Source: a bacterium | Lineage (GTDB): Bacteria; UBA8248 | Assembly (NCBI GenBank): GCA_965204535.1 | Contig: CBDBEV010000001.1 | Coordinates: forward strand, 2,016,001-2,080,000 | Direction: 5' to 3' | Length of the DNA stretch: 64,000 nucleotides | Part shown: positions 36,603-50,027 of the stretch, one piece after another | Layout of the letters: every line of letters begins with the position of its first letter | Numbering within the stretch: the stretch's first letter is position 1 | Notes under the pieces: model-generated | The model's input: only the letters and a program-made list of their open reading frames with translations | Databases searched by the model: none | What the model was told of the DNA's origin: nothing | Translations under genes and position numbers: made by a program

Positions 36603-37667
36603 ATGAATAAAAAACGGGAGTTCCCGCAAAATTCCAGTTCCTCCAGCGCGCGCTCACCCCGATCGGGCGCGAGCCTTCGGGGCGCAAACGGCAAGCAGGG
36701 CGGGTTGTTCCGCGACCGCCGGTTTCTCAGGGCGCTGGCGGCTTCCGTTGTTTTGCACGCCTCGCTCTTCGTTTGGGTGAGCCTGGCGCCCTCTCAGCCG
36801 AAATACCGGTTTTTCGGAAGCGGAACGGCCGTCAGCCTGGTGGGGGCGGATGAAATCCCGGGTGGTTCGGCGCGGGGAAAATCCGGCGATCGGCTCGAAG
36901 ACATCGAAGCGCCCATCCCTCGAAAAGGACCGGACGAGGGGACGAGGAAGATAGCGGCGCCGAAGAAAAAAACCGCGCCCGCCAAGGTGAAGAAAAAGAA
37001 GGTCGTCAAGAAGAAAAAGAAACCCGCCAAGAATGTTCGGCGAATCAGTACCGGGAAAGAAAAGAATAACAAAAAGGTCGTTCGGAAAAAGAAAAAGCGC
37101 GACCCCGTTCGCGAGGCGCGCCTCAAGCGGATACGCGATCGGAGGGAACGCGCCAGGCGCTGGCGTTCGCGTTTCAAGAAAAACGAAAAGGACAAACCGG
37201 CTAAAAAGAAAAAGCGTCCCCGCGATGATTGGATGAGCGATGATCGCCTGGCGAAGGCGGACCGCGCGCCCAAGCGCCGGGCGCCTCGTAAGGGATACGC
37301 CGGCGAGGGGGGAGGCGACGGCCAGGGCGGCGGCAGCCGCGCGGGCGGCAGCGGCGGCGTCGCGCGAACCGAAAAGGAGAGATACTATGGGCTTCTGGCG
37401 GAGCGCATTCGGGGTCTCTGGACGGTGCCGCCCGGCATTTCGGATTTGGGTCGACTCAAGACCGACGTCACGATTGACGTAGACAGGCAAGGGAATTATC
37501 GCAATTTGCGGGTCGTGCGCTACAGCGGGAACCACATTTACGATCAGGCGGCGCTGCGCGCCGTGCAGCGGGCCGCCGAACCCTCTTTGCCCAAGCCGCC
37601 CGATACGATCAAGGAAAACTGGCTTTTGCTCGGTTTTCGATTCTGCGGAGAGGATTTTTGCCGTTGA
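36603..37667 (+). CDS. tolA: TolA/TonB-like energy transducer
   Basis: TM with SxxxH (SVVLH), Lys/Arg-rich linker, C-terminal SGN..YDQAALRAV...LPKPP; lies between tolR and tolB. Confidence 0.85.
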   Translation: MNKKREFPQNSSSSSARSPRSGASLRGANGKQGGLFRDRRFLRALAASVVLHASLFVWVSLAPSQPKYRFFGSGTAVSLVGADEIPGGSARGKSGDRLEDIEAPIPRKGPDEGTRKIAAPKKKTAPAKVKKKKVVKKKKKPAKNVRRISTGKEKNNKKVVRKKKKRDPVREARLKRIRDRRERARRWRSRFKKNEKDKPAKKKKRPRDDWMSDDRLAKADRAPKRRAPRKGYAGEGGGDGQGGGSRAGGSGGVARTEKERYYGLLAERIRGLWTVPPGISDLGRLKTDVTIDVDRQGNYRNLRVVRYSGNHIYDQAALRAVQRAAEPSLPKPPDTIKENWLLLGFRFCGEDFCR

Positions 37668-39028
37668 TGCGAGAAAAAAATCAAACCACACCGAACAGGC
37701 GCGAGGGTCCCATGCTTCATTGGGCGGTTTTTCTCATCGTCATGGTTTTCTCATGGCCTCAAGCTGCGGAAGCCGCGCGCGAGTTCATCGACATCTATTC
37801 CCCCACGGCCAGAAAAATTCGATTGGCTATCCCTGAGTTTCGCCCCCTCGATACCGGGCGCGACCCGCTGGGCCTCAAGATCGCGCAAGTCATCGAATCC
37901 GATCTTGAGCGCAGCGGCCTGTTCTTCATCCCCAACCGCAAAGGCTATCTGGAAAACCCCATGCGCGCGGGGATTCGAAGGGACGAACAGCGCTTCTCCG
38001 ACTGGAGCAAGGTCGTCAAGGTGGATGCCCTCATCAAGGGCGGCTACACCATTTCGGGAAAGACCATCACCGCGGAGGTCTATCTGTACGATACGCAAAG
38101 CGCCGCCCAGGAGTTGGGCAAGCGGTACCGCTACCCGAAGAGCGGGTGGCGCTTGCTGGCCCACCGGTTCGCCAACGCGGTGGTCGAGCACTTCACGGGC
38201 GAGAAGGGAGTGTTCGACACGCAAATCGCATTCGTCTCGAGGCGTTCGCTCAAAGAGCGCGGAGAGATTTACATCATGGACTGGGACGGCGCCGAACTCA
38301 GGCGCGTGACGCGCAACGGCATGGGGAACAACACGCCCGCGTGGTCTCCGGACGGAAGATGGATGGCGTATTCTTCGTTCAAATCCAGGCCGCCCGGCGT
38401 GTTTCTGCTGCCCACGAACGGCGCGCGCGAGTTCAAGGTGAGTTCTTCTCGCGCGCAAGCCATCGGAGGCGCCTTTTCTCCGAATTCACGCTATTTCGCC
38501 TTTGCCGAACTCGTGGGGCGAAACTATGAGATATTCCGCTACGATTTGCGCACCCGCGTGAAGAGGAGACTCACGAAGAGCTTCGGCATCGACGTGTCTC
38601 CCACGTTCTCGCCGGACGGCAAAAGAATCGCCTTTACGTCGAGCCGGTCGGGAAATCCCCACATTTACGTCATGAACGTGGACGGCTCGGGCCCTAAGCG
38701 CATCACGTACAAGGGAAAATACACGAGAAAATACAATACCGAACCCGAGTGGAGTCCACGGGGGGACAGAATCGCCCTGACGAGCCGCATCAAGCGGGGA
38801 AAAGAAATCGACATCATCACCATGACCCCGGACGGCAGGGACGTGCGCCGCCTCACGGGCAGCCAGGGCCGCAACGAATCACCCACCTGGTCCCCCGATG
38901 GACGGCACATCGCCTTCTCCTCCGATCGGAGCGGCCGGAAATATGTATACGTGATGACATCCGCAGGCACGCAACTCAAGCGTCTTCAACCCGGGCAGGA
39001 GCCCGCCTGGTCGCCCACATCGAAATGA
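37667..39028 (+). CDS. tolB: Tol-Pal beta-propeller protein TolB
   Basis: DLERSG, AHRFAN, repeated PD40 units P.WSPDG; start at 37667 (TGATG overlap) or 37712. Confidence 0.94.
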   Translation: MREKNQTTPNRREGPMLHWAVFLIVMVFSWPQAAEAAREFIDIYSPTARKIRLAIPEFRPLDTGRDPLGLKIAQVIESDLERSGLFFIPNRKGYLENPMRAGIRRDEQRFSDWSKVVKVDALIKGGYTISGKTITAEVYLYDTQSAAQELGKRYRYPKSGWRLLAHRFANAVVEHFTGEKGVFDTQIAFVSRRSLKERGEIYIMDWDGAELRRVTRNGMGNNTPAWSPDGRWMAYSSFKSRPPGVFLLPTNGAREFKVSSSRAQAIGGAFSPNSRYFAFAELVGRNYEIFRYDLRTRVKRRLTKSFGIDVSPTFSPDGKRIAFTSSRSGNPHIYVMNVDGSGPKRITYKGKYTRKYNTEPEWSPRGDRIALTSRIKRGKEIDIITMTPDGRDVRRLTGSQGRNESPTWSPDGRHIAFSSDRSGRKYVYVMTSAGTQLKRLQPGQEPAWSPTSK

Positions 39029-39074
39029 AATCTTGAAAATCGGGAAATAACTCTTGAAAAAGCAGGAAATAGAC

Positions 39075-39103
39075 TTGCTCATCGCGCATTCGCCCATTAT
39101 ACT
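39075..39103 (+). promoter_or_regulatory. Putative sigma70 promoter for pal-cpoB
   Basis: TTGCTC - 17 bp - TATACT in the tolB-pal intergenic region. Confidence 0.5.
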
Positions 39104-39216
39104 TCGCCTGCGTATGCCTGTGAATGAATGAAGAGGGGAAGAGTTTCCGCTCCGTGTAGTATCACGCTTCTCACTCTGAACATATACGAACAAGAGACTC
39201 CGAGGGGGATGTCTGC

Positions 39217-39801
39217 ATGTTGTTATCGGGCCGTATTAAATCTTTTCAATCTTTCTTGATGGCTGCGGTGCTCCTGTTCGCAGTGGGTTGCGTGAAACAG
39301 ACCGTGGAAACGGAAGAACTACCGCCTCCCAAACCGCCTGCTCCCATGGTGAGAAAAAAGCAACCTCCTAAGCCCGTGGTGAAAGAAGACATGATGGAGG
39401 CGGAGCGTCGCCGCAAGCGCGCCGCTTTCAAGCGGTCGTTGGCCGAGTTTGAAAACGATCTGGTGTATTTTGATTTTGATAAATCCGAGGTCCGCCCCGA
39501 TATGCGCGCGATCATGGACGCCAAGGCCCGCTTCCTGCAGGAGTTTCCCAGCATTCGGGTGCAGATCGAAGGACATTGCGACGAGCGAGGCACGGTGGAG
39601 TACAACATCGCGCTCGGGCACAGGCGGTCGCAGAGTTCCAAGGATTACCTCGTCTCGCTCGGCGTCAAGTCTTCCCGGGTCGATACGGTCAGCTATGGCG
39701 AAGAGCGTCCGGCCGATTCGCGCTCCAATGAAGCGGGATGGGCCAAGAACCGGCGAGCGAAGTTCAACGTCATCGGCGGCATTCCGGCGGGCATGAATTA
39801 G
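39217..39801 (+). CDS. pal: Peptidoglycan-associated lipoprotein
   Basis: Lipobox AVGC; YFDFDKS, EGHCDERGT.EYN.ALG.RR, SYGEERP, KNRR. Confidence 0.96.
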   Translation: MLLSGRIKSFQSFLMAAVLLFAVGCVKQTVETEELPPPKPPAPMVRKKQPPKPVVKEDMMEAERRRKRAAFKRSLAEFENDLVYFDFDKSEVRPDMRAIMDAKARFLQEFPSIRVQIEGHCDERGTVEYNIALGHRRSQSSKDYLVSLGVKSSRVDTVSYGEERPADSRSNEAGWAKNRRAKFNVIGGIPAGMN

Positions 39802-39830
39802 TCGCCCGACAGTCCTGCGCAAAGAAAAGG

Positions 39831-39867
39831 ACTCCCCGTCGGCACGCGCCGTCGGGGAGTTTTTCTT
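39831..39867 (+). terminator. Intrinsic terminator-like hairpin after pal
   Basis: ACTCCCCG-T-CGGC-ACGC-GCCG-T-CGGGGAGT followed by TTTTCTT. Confidence 0.65.
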
Positions 39868-39868
39868 C

Positions 39869-42959
<3,091 letters not shown>

Positions 42960-43047
42960 CCTTCGTTTATTCCTTTTTCTATGATCTAAATCAAATGTCA
43001 CGTATTCACATGCGGCGATACATCGTTTTTCTTATGGGAACCTTCTC

Positions 43048-43929
43048 ATGAGCCGGGTTCGCAAGGCGGTCTTTCCTGTGGCCGGGCTCGGCACGCGGTT
43101 TTTGCCCGCCACCAAGGTGATCCCGAAAGAGATGCTTCCCATCGTGGACATCCCGCAAATCCAGATCGGCGTGCAGGAGGCCCTGGACGCCGGCATCGAG
43201 GAGATCGTCTTCATCACCGGACGCGGGAAGGTTTCGATGGTGGACCACTTTGATGTCGCGTTCGAGGTGGAATCTTATTTGCGTGACAGGGGCGAGGAGA
43301 GGTCATTGGCCGTGGTGGAGGAAATCTCGCAAAAAGCGCGTATTACGTCCATCCGCCAGAAGCGTCCTTTGGGTTTGGGTCATGCGATATTGTGCGCCAA
43401 GCCGGCCGTGGGTGATGAGCCTTTCGCCGTCATATTGCCCGATGACGTCATCAGGAGCGAAGAGCCCGCCATCGGCCAGTTGGTTCGTGTGTTCAATGCG
43501 CATGGCGGCGGCGTGGTCGCGGGGCTGCGGGTTGAGAAGCACGCGCTCTCCAAATACGGCGTCATCGATCCTTCCGGCGAACCGTCGCCCGCCCCCGGCG
43601 TCACGCCGCTCAAGGGGATGGTGGAAAAGCCGAAGCCCGAAGATGCGCCCTCGGACATCGCCATTATCGGGCGCTACGTTTTGCCGCCGGAGATTTTCCC
43701 GATCCTCGAGCGTATGAAGCCGGATGCGAAAGGGGAGATTCAGCTCACCGACGGGTTGCAAGGTCTGCTGGAGCATACCAGGCTTTACGCTTATGAGTAT
43801 GAAGGAAAGCGCTTTGACGCGGGCGACAAGCTGGGTTTCTTGGAAGCGACGGTCGAGTTCGCTCTGGATCGCGAGGACATCGGTCCCGCGTTTCGGAATT
43901 ATCTGAGGAGATTGACAGACTCATGGTAG
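43048..43929 (+). CDS. galU: UTP--glucose-1-phosphate uridylyltransferase
   Basis: KAVFPVAGLGTRFLPATK..PKEMLP, GLGHA, MVEKP, GEIQLTD. Confidence 0.97.
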   Translation: MSRVRKAVFPVAGLGTRFLPATKVIPKEMLPIVDIPQIQIGVQEALDAGIEEIVFITGRGKVSMVDHFDVAFEVESYLRDRGEERSLAVVEEISQKARITSIRQKRPLGLGHAILCAKPAVGDEPFAVILPDDVIRSEEPAIGQLVRVFNAHGGGVVAGLRVEKHALSKYGVIDPSGEPSPAPGVTPLKGMVEKPKPEDAPSDIAIIGRYVLPPEIFPILERMKPDAKGEIQLTDGLQGLLEHTRLYAYEYEGKRFDAGDKLGFLEATVEFALDREDIGPAFRNYLRRLTDSW

Positions 43930-44005
43930 CGGAAGAACCTGCGTCTGACCCCGAACCTCCGGGGCGAAAACATCTTTATGATAGTCAGCCGGGAGGCATG
44001 GACTG

Positions 44006-45277
44006 ATGGATGCCGACCTGCTCTTCCGGTTCGTCGCCTTCGTCTTCCTCATGCTCTGTTCCGCCGGATTCTCGGCCAGCGAAACGGCTCTTTTTTCCCT
44101 TCCGCGCCCCAGGGTACGCGCCATGCGCCGGGAAGGCGGCATGGGTGAACGGGTGTCCGACCTTCTGGACAGGCCCAGGCGGCTGATTACTTCCATATTG
44201 ATGGGCAACGAAATCGTGAACATCGCCTCCTCCGCGCTGTTCACCGGCGTTGTTGTTGCATATCTGGAACCTGAGCAGAGGTGGCTCGCGCCCGTGTTCA
44301 TGACGCCGCTCTTGATGATATTCGGCGAGATCACGCCTAAATCCCTGGCGGCCCGGTATCCGGAACGGTTCTCGCGATTCCTGGCGTATCCCATATCCGG
44401 CTTCGCGCGCGTCATCTCTCCGCTGCGCTGGGTCTTCTTGCAGGTGGCGAACGGCGTGCTCACCTTGATGGGAGCGCCGTCGCGCGATCCGCAAAGCATT
44501 CTCATGGAGGACGAGTTCCTCCACCTCGTGGACGCGGGCCACGCCGAGGGCGAACTCGAAGAGGGCGAGCGAGAACTCATTCACAACGTCTTCGGCTTTC
44601 ACGATAGAACCGTCTCGGAAGTGACGGTGCCGCGCACGGATCTGGAGTGTTGGGAGATGAACCTGCCCATCGCCGAAGTGATCGAGCGCGTCCGAACGGC
44701 GGCGCATTCGCGCATTCCGATTTTCGGGCAAGACCGGGACCAGATAGTGGGCATCCTGTATGTCAAGGATTTCCTGCGCCAGGCGGGGCGGAAGAACTTC
44801 GGTCCCGAGGAGCGCATGACGAAACAGATGCTGCGCCCCCCCCTCGTGGTTCCGGGCGGGATGAAGCTCGACCGCCTGTTCCGCCGGTTCCGGCATGAGC
44901 GGACCCACGTCGCCATCGTTCAGGACGAGTTCGGCGGCACCCTCGGCCTGGTGTCGATGACGGATCTGCTCGAGGAGATTTTCGGCGAAATCAAGGATGA
45001 ACACGAAGAGGCCGAGGAAACCTGGATTGCGCAGGAAGGCGAGGATTCATACCTGTGCCAGGGGCGCGTCCCCCTGGCCGAATTCTCGGCGGTGAGCGGC
45101 TGGGAGCTTCCCGACTACGAGGAGGCGAATACGCTGGGCGGTGCGGTCTTCACGTTGCTGGGCCATGTGCCCTCGCTGAACGAACGGGTTCGACTGGGGA
45201 ACGTGGAATTCACGGTTGTAGAGACAAGTGGTTCCCGCGTTCTTCAGGTTCGCGCGCGAAGACGGGAGGATAATTGA
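44006..45277 (+). CDS. CNNM/CorC-HlyC family protein (DUF21 + CBS pair + CorC)
   Basis: FSASETALFS, FGEITPK, HSRIP, DEFGGT.G..SM.DLLEEIFGEI.DE. Confidence 0.92.
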   Translation: MDADLLFRFVAFVFLMLCSAGFSASETALFSLPRPRVRAMRREGGMGERVSDLLDRPRRLITSILMGNEIVNIASSALFTGVVVAYLEPEQRWLAPVFMTPLLMIFGEITPKSLAARYPERFSRFLAYPISGFARVISPLRWVFLQVANGVLTLMGAPSRDPQSILMEDEFLHLVDAGHAEGELEEGERELIHNVFGFHDRTVSEVTVPRTDLECWEMNLPIAEVIERVRTAAHSRIPIFGQDRDQIVGILYVKDFLRQAGRKNFGPEERMTKQMLRPPLVVPGGMKLDRLFRRFRHERTHVAIVQDEFGGTLGLVSMTDLLEEIFGEIKDEHEEAEETWIAQEGEDSYLCQGRVPLAEFSAVSGWELPDYEEANTLGGAVFTLLGHVPSLNERVRLGNVEFTVVETSGSRVLQVRARRREDN

Positions 45278-45278
45278 A

Positions 45279-46529
45279 GTGGATATCTTCTCGGTCATCG
45301 TCATCGGCCTACTCCTGCTCCTGTCGGAAGCGTTGTTCTCGGGTGCGGAGATCGCTATCGTTTCCGCGGACCGCGCCCGTCTGCGCGCCAAGGCGGAAGG
45401 AGGGAACAGGGGTGCTTCGCTCGCCCTGGAGCTTCTGGAAAAACCCGAATGGCTCATGGGCACGATTCTCACCTGTCACAACGCGAGTTTCGTGACGAAC
45501 GTTTCCTTGGCCACAATCGCGTCCATCAATTTCGTCGGCCCGGCGTATGGGGAGGCGCTTTCGGTCGCCCTGGTGATCCCGCTGCTCGTGGTGTTCGGCG
45601 AAGTGGTTCCCAAGGGGTATTGCCAGGCCCGCGCCGATGTGCTCGCCCCTTTGCTGGCGCGCGTCGTCTGGGGCGCCAGGCTGATCGTATATCCCCTGGT
45701 CTGGCTCATCAGCGCGCTCATCGGTGCCGTTGTGGGGCTGCGAAAACGAAATGGGGAGAGCACTCCTTTCGTCACGCGGCAGGAACTCGAATCCCTCATG
45801 GAAGAGCAAAGCGATGGGGACGTGCAGGTTCTCGAACGCCAGATGATCGGCCGCATCTTCACGTTCGGTGAGTTGGACATGGAAAACGTGCTGGTACCCA
45901 TCGTGGACCTCTCCGCGGTGGAAGAAGAGAGCACGGTGGAGGAGGTAATTGAAAAAATCGAGGATGACGGCCACTCGAGGATTCTGATCTACAGGGAGAA
46001 CCTCCACCACATCGTCGGTGTCGTGCACGCGAGGGACATTATCGGACTGGGACCTGACGCCTCGGGACGCCTCAAGGATAAGGATGGTCTCATCCGAAGC
46101 GCCTATTTCGTGCCGGAGACGAAGCCGGCCGATAGTCTTCTTGATGAGTTGATGAGCCGAAAGGATAAAATGGCCGTGGTGGTGGATGAATACGGGGCCT
46201 GCACCGGCATCGTGACCATGGAGGATTTGGTGGAGGAGATCGTGGGCGACATCGCTGACGAGTATGACGTCGACGAAGTCCGCATGTTCCACAAGTTGGG
46301 TGAAGATCAATACATGGTCGATGCACGCATGGAGGTCGAGGATGTAAGAGAGGCGCTCGAGTTGCCCGTGCCCGATGGGGATTACGAGACGTTGTCGGGC
46401 TATCTCCTGGAGCGGTTCGAGCGCATCCCGAAAGAAGGGGAGCACTTGTCCCTGGAGGGTTGGACGCTCACCGTGCAATCGGCGAACGAGCGGCAGATAG
46501 AAACCGTTCGCCTGGAGCGTGATGCCTAG
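45279..46529 (+). CDS. CNNM/CorC-HlyC family protein, second paralogue
   Basis: FSGAEIA, FGEVVPK, GHSRI, VVDEYG..TGIVTMEDLVEEIVGDI.DEYD. Confidence 0.92.
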   Translation: MDIFSVIVIGLLLLLSEALFSGAEIAIVSADRARLRAKAEGGNRGASLALELLEKPEWLMGTILTCHNASFVTNVSLATIASINFVGPAYGEALSVALVIPLLVVFGEVVPKGYCQARADVLAPLLARVVWGARLIVYPLVWLISALIGAVVGLRKRNGESTPFVTRQELESLMEEQSDGDVQVLERQMIGRIFTFGELDMENVLVPIVDLSAVEEESTVEEVIEKIEDDGHSRILIYRENLHHIVGVVHARDIIGLGPDASGRLKDKDGLIRSAYFVPETKPADSLLDELMSRKDKMAVVVDEYGACTGIVTMEDLVEEIVGDIADEYDVDEVRMFHKLGEDQYMVDARMEVEDVREALELPVPDGDYETLSGYLLERFERIPKEGEHLSLEGWTLTVQSANERQIETVRLERDA

Positions 46530-46600
46530 AAGTTAGTTTGCGGGTGAAACTCCAGCGCGTGCTCTTGGGTTGTCGCCCTGAAAACGACTGATTCAGCGAA

Positions 46601-47674
46601 TCAGTTCTCCTGAATGGCTTCGGGCGGTTCGACGCCCAGCCAGCCCCCAATCGTTTTGAGCGTGTCCCACTGGCTGGCTTCATAGGGGATTCCGTTTTTC
46701 TCCGCGTCCGCCTTTTTGCGCGCCTCGCGCTCTCCCGGAAGCAGCATCTCCACCCCTCCGCAGTTTTTGATGTCTCTCACCGCCTCGGCCAAGCGGTTCT
46801 TCGCATCCTCTATGGGGTAGAGCGCGTCCAGCCTCCAGGCCTCTATCGTCTGGGTGATGCGTGCATCGGGTTGGACGCGCAGCGTCGGAATATGCTCCGT
46901 CGCGCCGCCGCCGATGACGCCGTCCAGGTCCACCAGCACGGCGAGCCCGGAACCCTTGTAGCCGAACTGCGTTCCCCCCAGAGGCAGAACGGAGCCTTTG
47001 ATCAGCTCGTCATACGGTACGTGACCGGAAATGACCTCTCCGTTTTCATCGAGAAAATAATCGTCCGGAATCGCCTCTCCCGCGCGGCTGGCGCGGATGG
47101 CGGGACTGACGGCGCGCTGCGTCATGGCCGCGTCGATGACGATGGCCTCATTCCCCGCAGGCACCCCCCATGCGATGGGGTTCGTGCCCAGGCGAATCCT
47201 GTTCCCCCCGAAAGGCTTCATCCAGGCGCCGGAGGTGCATGTGGCGCGGCCGGCCAGACCCCGTTCGATGAGCGCCTCGACGTAGACGCACGCCGCCCCG
47301 AAGTGATTCGCGTTGTGCACATAGACTTTTCCGATGCCGTATTCTTCCGCCAGATCGCCTGAAAGGCGGGTCGCATCCATCGCCGCTGCCGGGCCGATGC
47401 CGGCTCGCGCGTCCATGGTGGCGATCGCCCAGTTTTCGTTTCGCTCGACGCCGGGGACGGCTTTCGGGTCGATGGCGTCTTTTTGAATGCGCTCGACGAG
47501 CTCGCGCAAGCCCGTCCCGCCCGCCACGCCGTGGCTCGATATTCCGCGCATATCCGCCGCTGCGAGGATTTCCGCCGTCACCTGGGCGCGCTCCTCGGGA
47601 GCTCCCAGGGCCATGATGATTTTCGTGGCGAAACGAACGAGCGCTTCTTCGGAAATTCGCTTCTTCTCGGTCAT
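46601..47674 (-). CDS. Ldh_2-family oxidoreductase (malate/L-lactate/sulfolactate dehydrogenase-like)
   Basis: ADMRGISSHG, NHFG, GTNPIA, GYKGSGL, LLPGERE. Confidence 0.9.
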   Translation of the reverse strand: MTEKKRISEEALVRFATKIIMALGAPEERAQVTAEILAAADMRGISSHGVAGGTGLRELVERIQKDAIDPKAVPGVERNENWAIATMDARAGIGPAAAMDATRLSGDLAEEYGIGKVYVHNANHFGAACVYVEALIERGLAGRATCTSGAWMKPFGGNRIRLGTNPIAWGVPAGNEAIVIDAAMTQRAVSPAIRASRAGEAIPDDYFLDENGEVISGHVPYDELIKGSVLPLGGTQFGYKGSGLAVLVDLDGVIGGGATEHIPTLRVQPDARITQTIEAWRLDALYPIEDAKNRLAEAVRDIKNCGGVEMLLPGEREARKKADAEKNGIPYEASQWDTLKTIGGWLGVEPPEAIQEN

Positions 47675-47686
47675 GTAGATGGATTC

Positions 47687-48409
47687 CTATGAGAGATCGG
47701 AATGTTGTGAATGATGTGCGGGGAACTCGACGATGAAGGATACGCCGCCCTCGGGAGGCGTCGTGATCTCCAGACGCCCGCCCAGCATGAGGGCCGTGAG
47801 ATGGCTTCGATAGAGGCTGATTCCGATTCCCCGGAGCGCGCCCGGATTTTCCAGATCCTTCGCCATCCAGTCGATGAACGAATCGAAAGAAAAAGGCGGG
47901 ATTTCGGCGTCGCGGTTGGTGGTCGATAAAACGATTCGATCGTTTTCCCCCCTGAGAAGCGCGTAAATAATGCCGCCCTCAGGAGCGATGTGAATGGCCG
48001 CATCCAGCAGATCGTCAATGAGAAAGATGAACCTTGCCCTGTCGCCGTATATATCGAGCCGCGACGGCATCTCAGGCAAAAACCGAAAAGAAGGGAAACT
48101 CCAGAGCCGCTTGCCGATGCGTTCGCTGAAAAGATGCGCGAGATTTATGTCGGTGTTTTCCAGGTTTGCGTGGCGCGTTTCGATGTCGGCGGCGTCGGAG
48201 AGCGTTTCGATGAGGCGGCTCAAGCGATAGATGTTTTCGGATAAATCCCGAATTTCCTCTCGCGCCTTCCAGGGGTCTGACTCCTCCCCCAGTTCGAGAA
48301 ATTTTTCTTTGAGGTGAGATACGGGTGCCTGGAGTTCGCGAGCTGCGAGACGCAAAAACAGAGTGGCGAACTGCTCGTCTGAAGGCTGTTTCTCCCCGTT
48401 GTCTTTCAT
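47687..48409 (-). CDS. Degenerate histidine-kinase-fold protein (pseudokinase)
   Basis: DHp+CA layout with ARELQAPV (H-box), DDLLDAAI (N-box), TNRDAEIP (G1), GIGISL (G2), GG.L...GGVSFIVEFP. Confidence 0.7.
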   Translation of the reverse strand: MKDNGEKQPSDEQFATLFLRLAARELQAPVSHLKEKFLELGEESDPWKAREEIRDLSENIYRLSRLIETLSDAADIETRHANLENTDINLAHLFSERIGKRLWSFPSFRFLPEMPSRLDIYGDRARFIFLIDDLLDAAIHIAPEGGIIYALLRGENDRIVLSTTNRDAEIPPFSFDSFIDWMAKDLENPGALRGIGISLYRSHLTALMLGGRLEITTPPEGGVSFIVEFPAHHSQHSDLS

Positions 48410-48870
48410 ATGCTTTCCCGGCTATTCCGGTGCGACAACAGGTTGAGCGTGGCGACCGATTCCAGTATGAATTCCGCCGTTCCGCTCGTCATCGGACTCA
48501 AAGAAGACACTTCGCTCAACGGAACCCACGTGGCTTCCGAAATATCGCTCGCCGCCTGAAGCACGCCTCCGGTGGGTCGGCATACGAAATCGATGAGCAC
48601 GTAATGGAACTGCACCCGCCCCCATTCGTCCCGGGTGACGCGGTTCAAAACTCTTCCCTCGGAGAGAATCTCCACGTCCAGGCCGGTCTCTTCCCTGACC
48701 TCTCGCATACAGGCTTGCTCCAGGTCTTCACCCAAGTGAACGCCGCCGCCCGGAATGCTCCAGGCGCCCATTTTGGGAGGCTGCCCCCGGCGGACGATGA
48801 GGACGTTTTCGTTCTCGATGATGATGGCCCCTACGCCGACAATCGGGCGAAGCGGATATTCACGACCCAA
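48406..48870 (-). CDS. NUDIX hydrolase (ADP-ribose pyrophosphatase-like)
   Basis: REYP.RPIVGVG; GGGVHLGEDLEQACMREVREETG; HYVLIDF. Confidence 0.9.
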   Translation of the reverse strand: MGREYPLRPIVGVGAIIIENENVLIVRRGQPPKMGAWSIPGGGVHLGEDLEQACMREVREETGLDVEILSEGRVLNRVTRDEWGRVQFHYVLIDFVCRPTGGVLQAASDISEATWVPLSEVSSLSPMTSGTAEFILESVATLNLLSHRNSRESI

Positions 48871-49181
48871 CCCTTCGGCTCCCAAATTGAAAGAGAAAAG
48901 AAAAACACACAGTTTTTTGGATTGTAACGGTTTTATCTGGCTTATCGACTCCAAGATAGCATGTTTTACGTCCCAAGGGTTATGGCGAGTCGCTCGGATT
49001 ACTGAAGATGGGGATATTCGTCTTTATTCATTCCGTTGACACGCCGGGGTGGGGGCCGTATCATTTTTTCGGTTTTTGAAGCCTGCCCTTTGTAGCTTCC
49101 CTGAATCGAGGGCGCTTTCATCCCCCCATCAGCCAAGAGGTATGCGTGGCGAGCAGGGACGTCCGCGCCGGGGAGTCGCGT

Positions 49182-50024
49182 ATGCCGCCCGAAGTCGTCT
49201 TCGCGCTCATGTCGTTGTGTTTTCTCGGCGTCAATGACTTTCTCTACAAGTGGGGCCAGCAGTGGGATATGCGCAGCGGGCCCTTCATGTTCCTGCAAAA
49301 CATGGCGTATCTGCCCAACGCGTTCGGCCTGGCCTGGTATCGTGAGGAGTTGCTTTGGAATCCGGGCCTCGCTTTTGGATTCATCAACGGAATTCTGGCG
49401 TTCACCGCGTTTTTATTTGTCTTGCTTGCCCTGCGGCGGGGCGAGGCGGTGGCGCTCGTGCCGATCGTCCGCCTGAACTTCGCGGTAACGGCCGCCCTCA
49501 CGATTTTCTTTTTGGGTGAGAACGTAAACCTCATCAAGGGTCTCGCCCTGGTTCTGGCGGCCCTCGCTGTGACGGCGGGTGGCAGCGTCGCGGCGGCGTC
49601 CGTCGGGGATAAGCGCTCCGTCGGCCTGGCGATCGGCGCCATGTGCATGTTCGGCGTCATCGGACTGTTCTACAAACTGGGACTCGGGATGGGAGCCAAA
49701 CCCGCCATGATGACGGCCATGCAGAGCGTGGGCGTCTTCTGTATGGCCGTGCCCTTCGCGCTCATTCAAAAAGACCCGTTGCCCAGGCGCGGCGTGCCGC
49801 TCTGGCTCCCCTTCGTGTGCGGGGTGCTCACCTCATCGAGTTATGTGGCCATCGCCGTGGGGTTCACCTACGGCGAGGCGGTCGTCGTGGCACCCATCGC
49901 CCAGTTGAGTTTCGTATTGACCGGGGTGCTCGCCATCATCTTCTTGAAGGAGAAGCTGACGCTCAGAAAAGGTGTGGGAGTCATATTCGCCGCGGCGTCC
50001 GTGATTCTGTTTTCCAGAGGGTAA
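49182..50024 (+). CDS. EamA/DMT family transporter
   Basis: Two ~140-aa hydrophobic repeats with V.PI..L and FLGE/FLKEKL. Confidence 0.88.
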   Translation: MPPEVVFALMSLCFLGVNDFLYKWGQQWDMRSGPFMFLQNMAYLPNAFGLAWYREELLWNPGLAFGFINGILAFTAFLFVLLALRRGEAVALVPIVRLNFAVTAALTIFFLGENVNLIKGLALVLAALAVTAGGSVAAASVGDKRSVGLAIGAMCMFGVIGLFYKLGLGMGAKPAMMTAMQSVGVFCMAVPFALIQKDPLPRRGVPLWLPFVCGVLTSSSYVAIAVGFTYGEAVVVAPIAQLSFVLTGVLAIIFLKEKLTLRKGVGVIFAAASVILFSRG

Positions 50025-50027
50025 CTG

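Noticed and set aside
43985-46529. Tandem 'hemolysin' genes as toxins
   Set aside because: The DUF21-CBS-CorC architecture indicates Mg2+/Co2+ homeostasis proteins, and tandem pairs are common.
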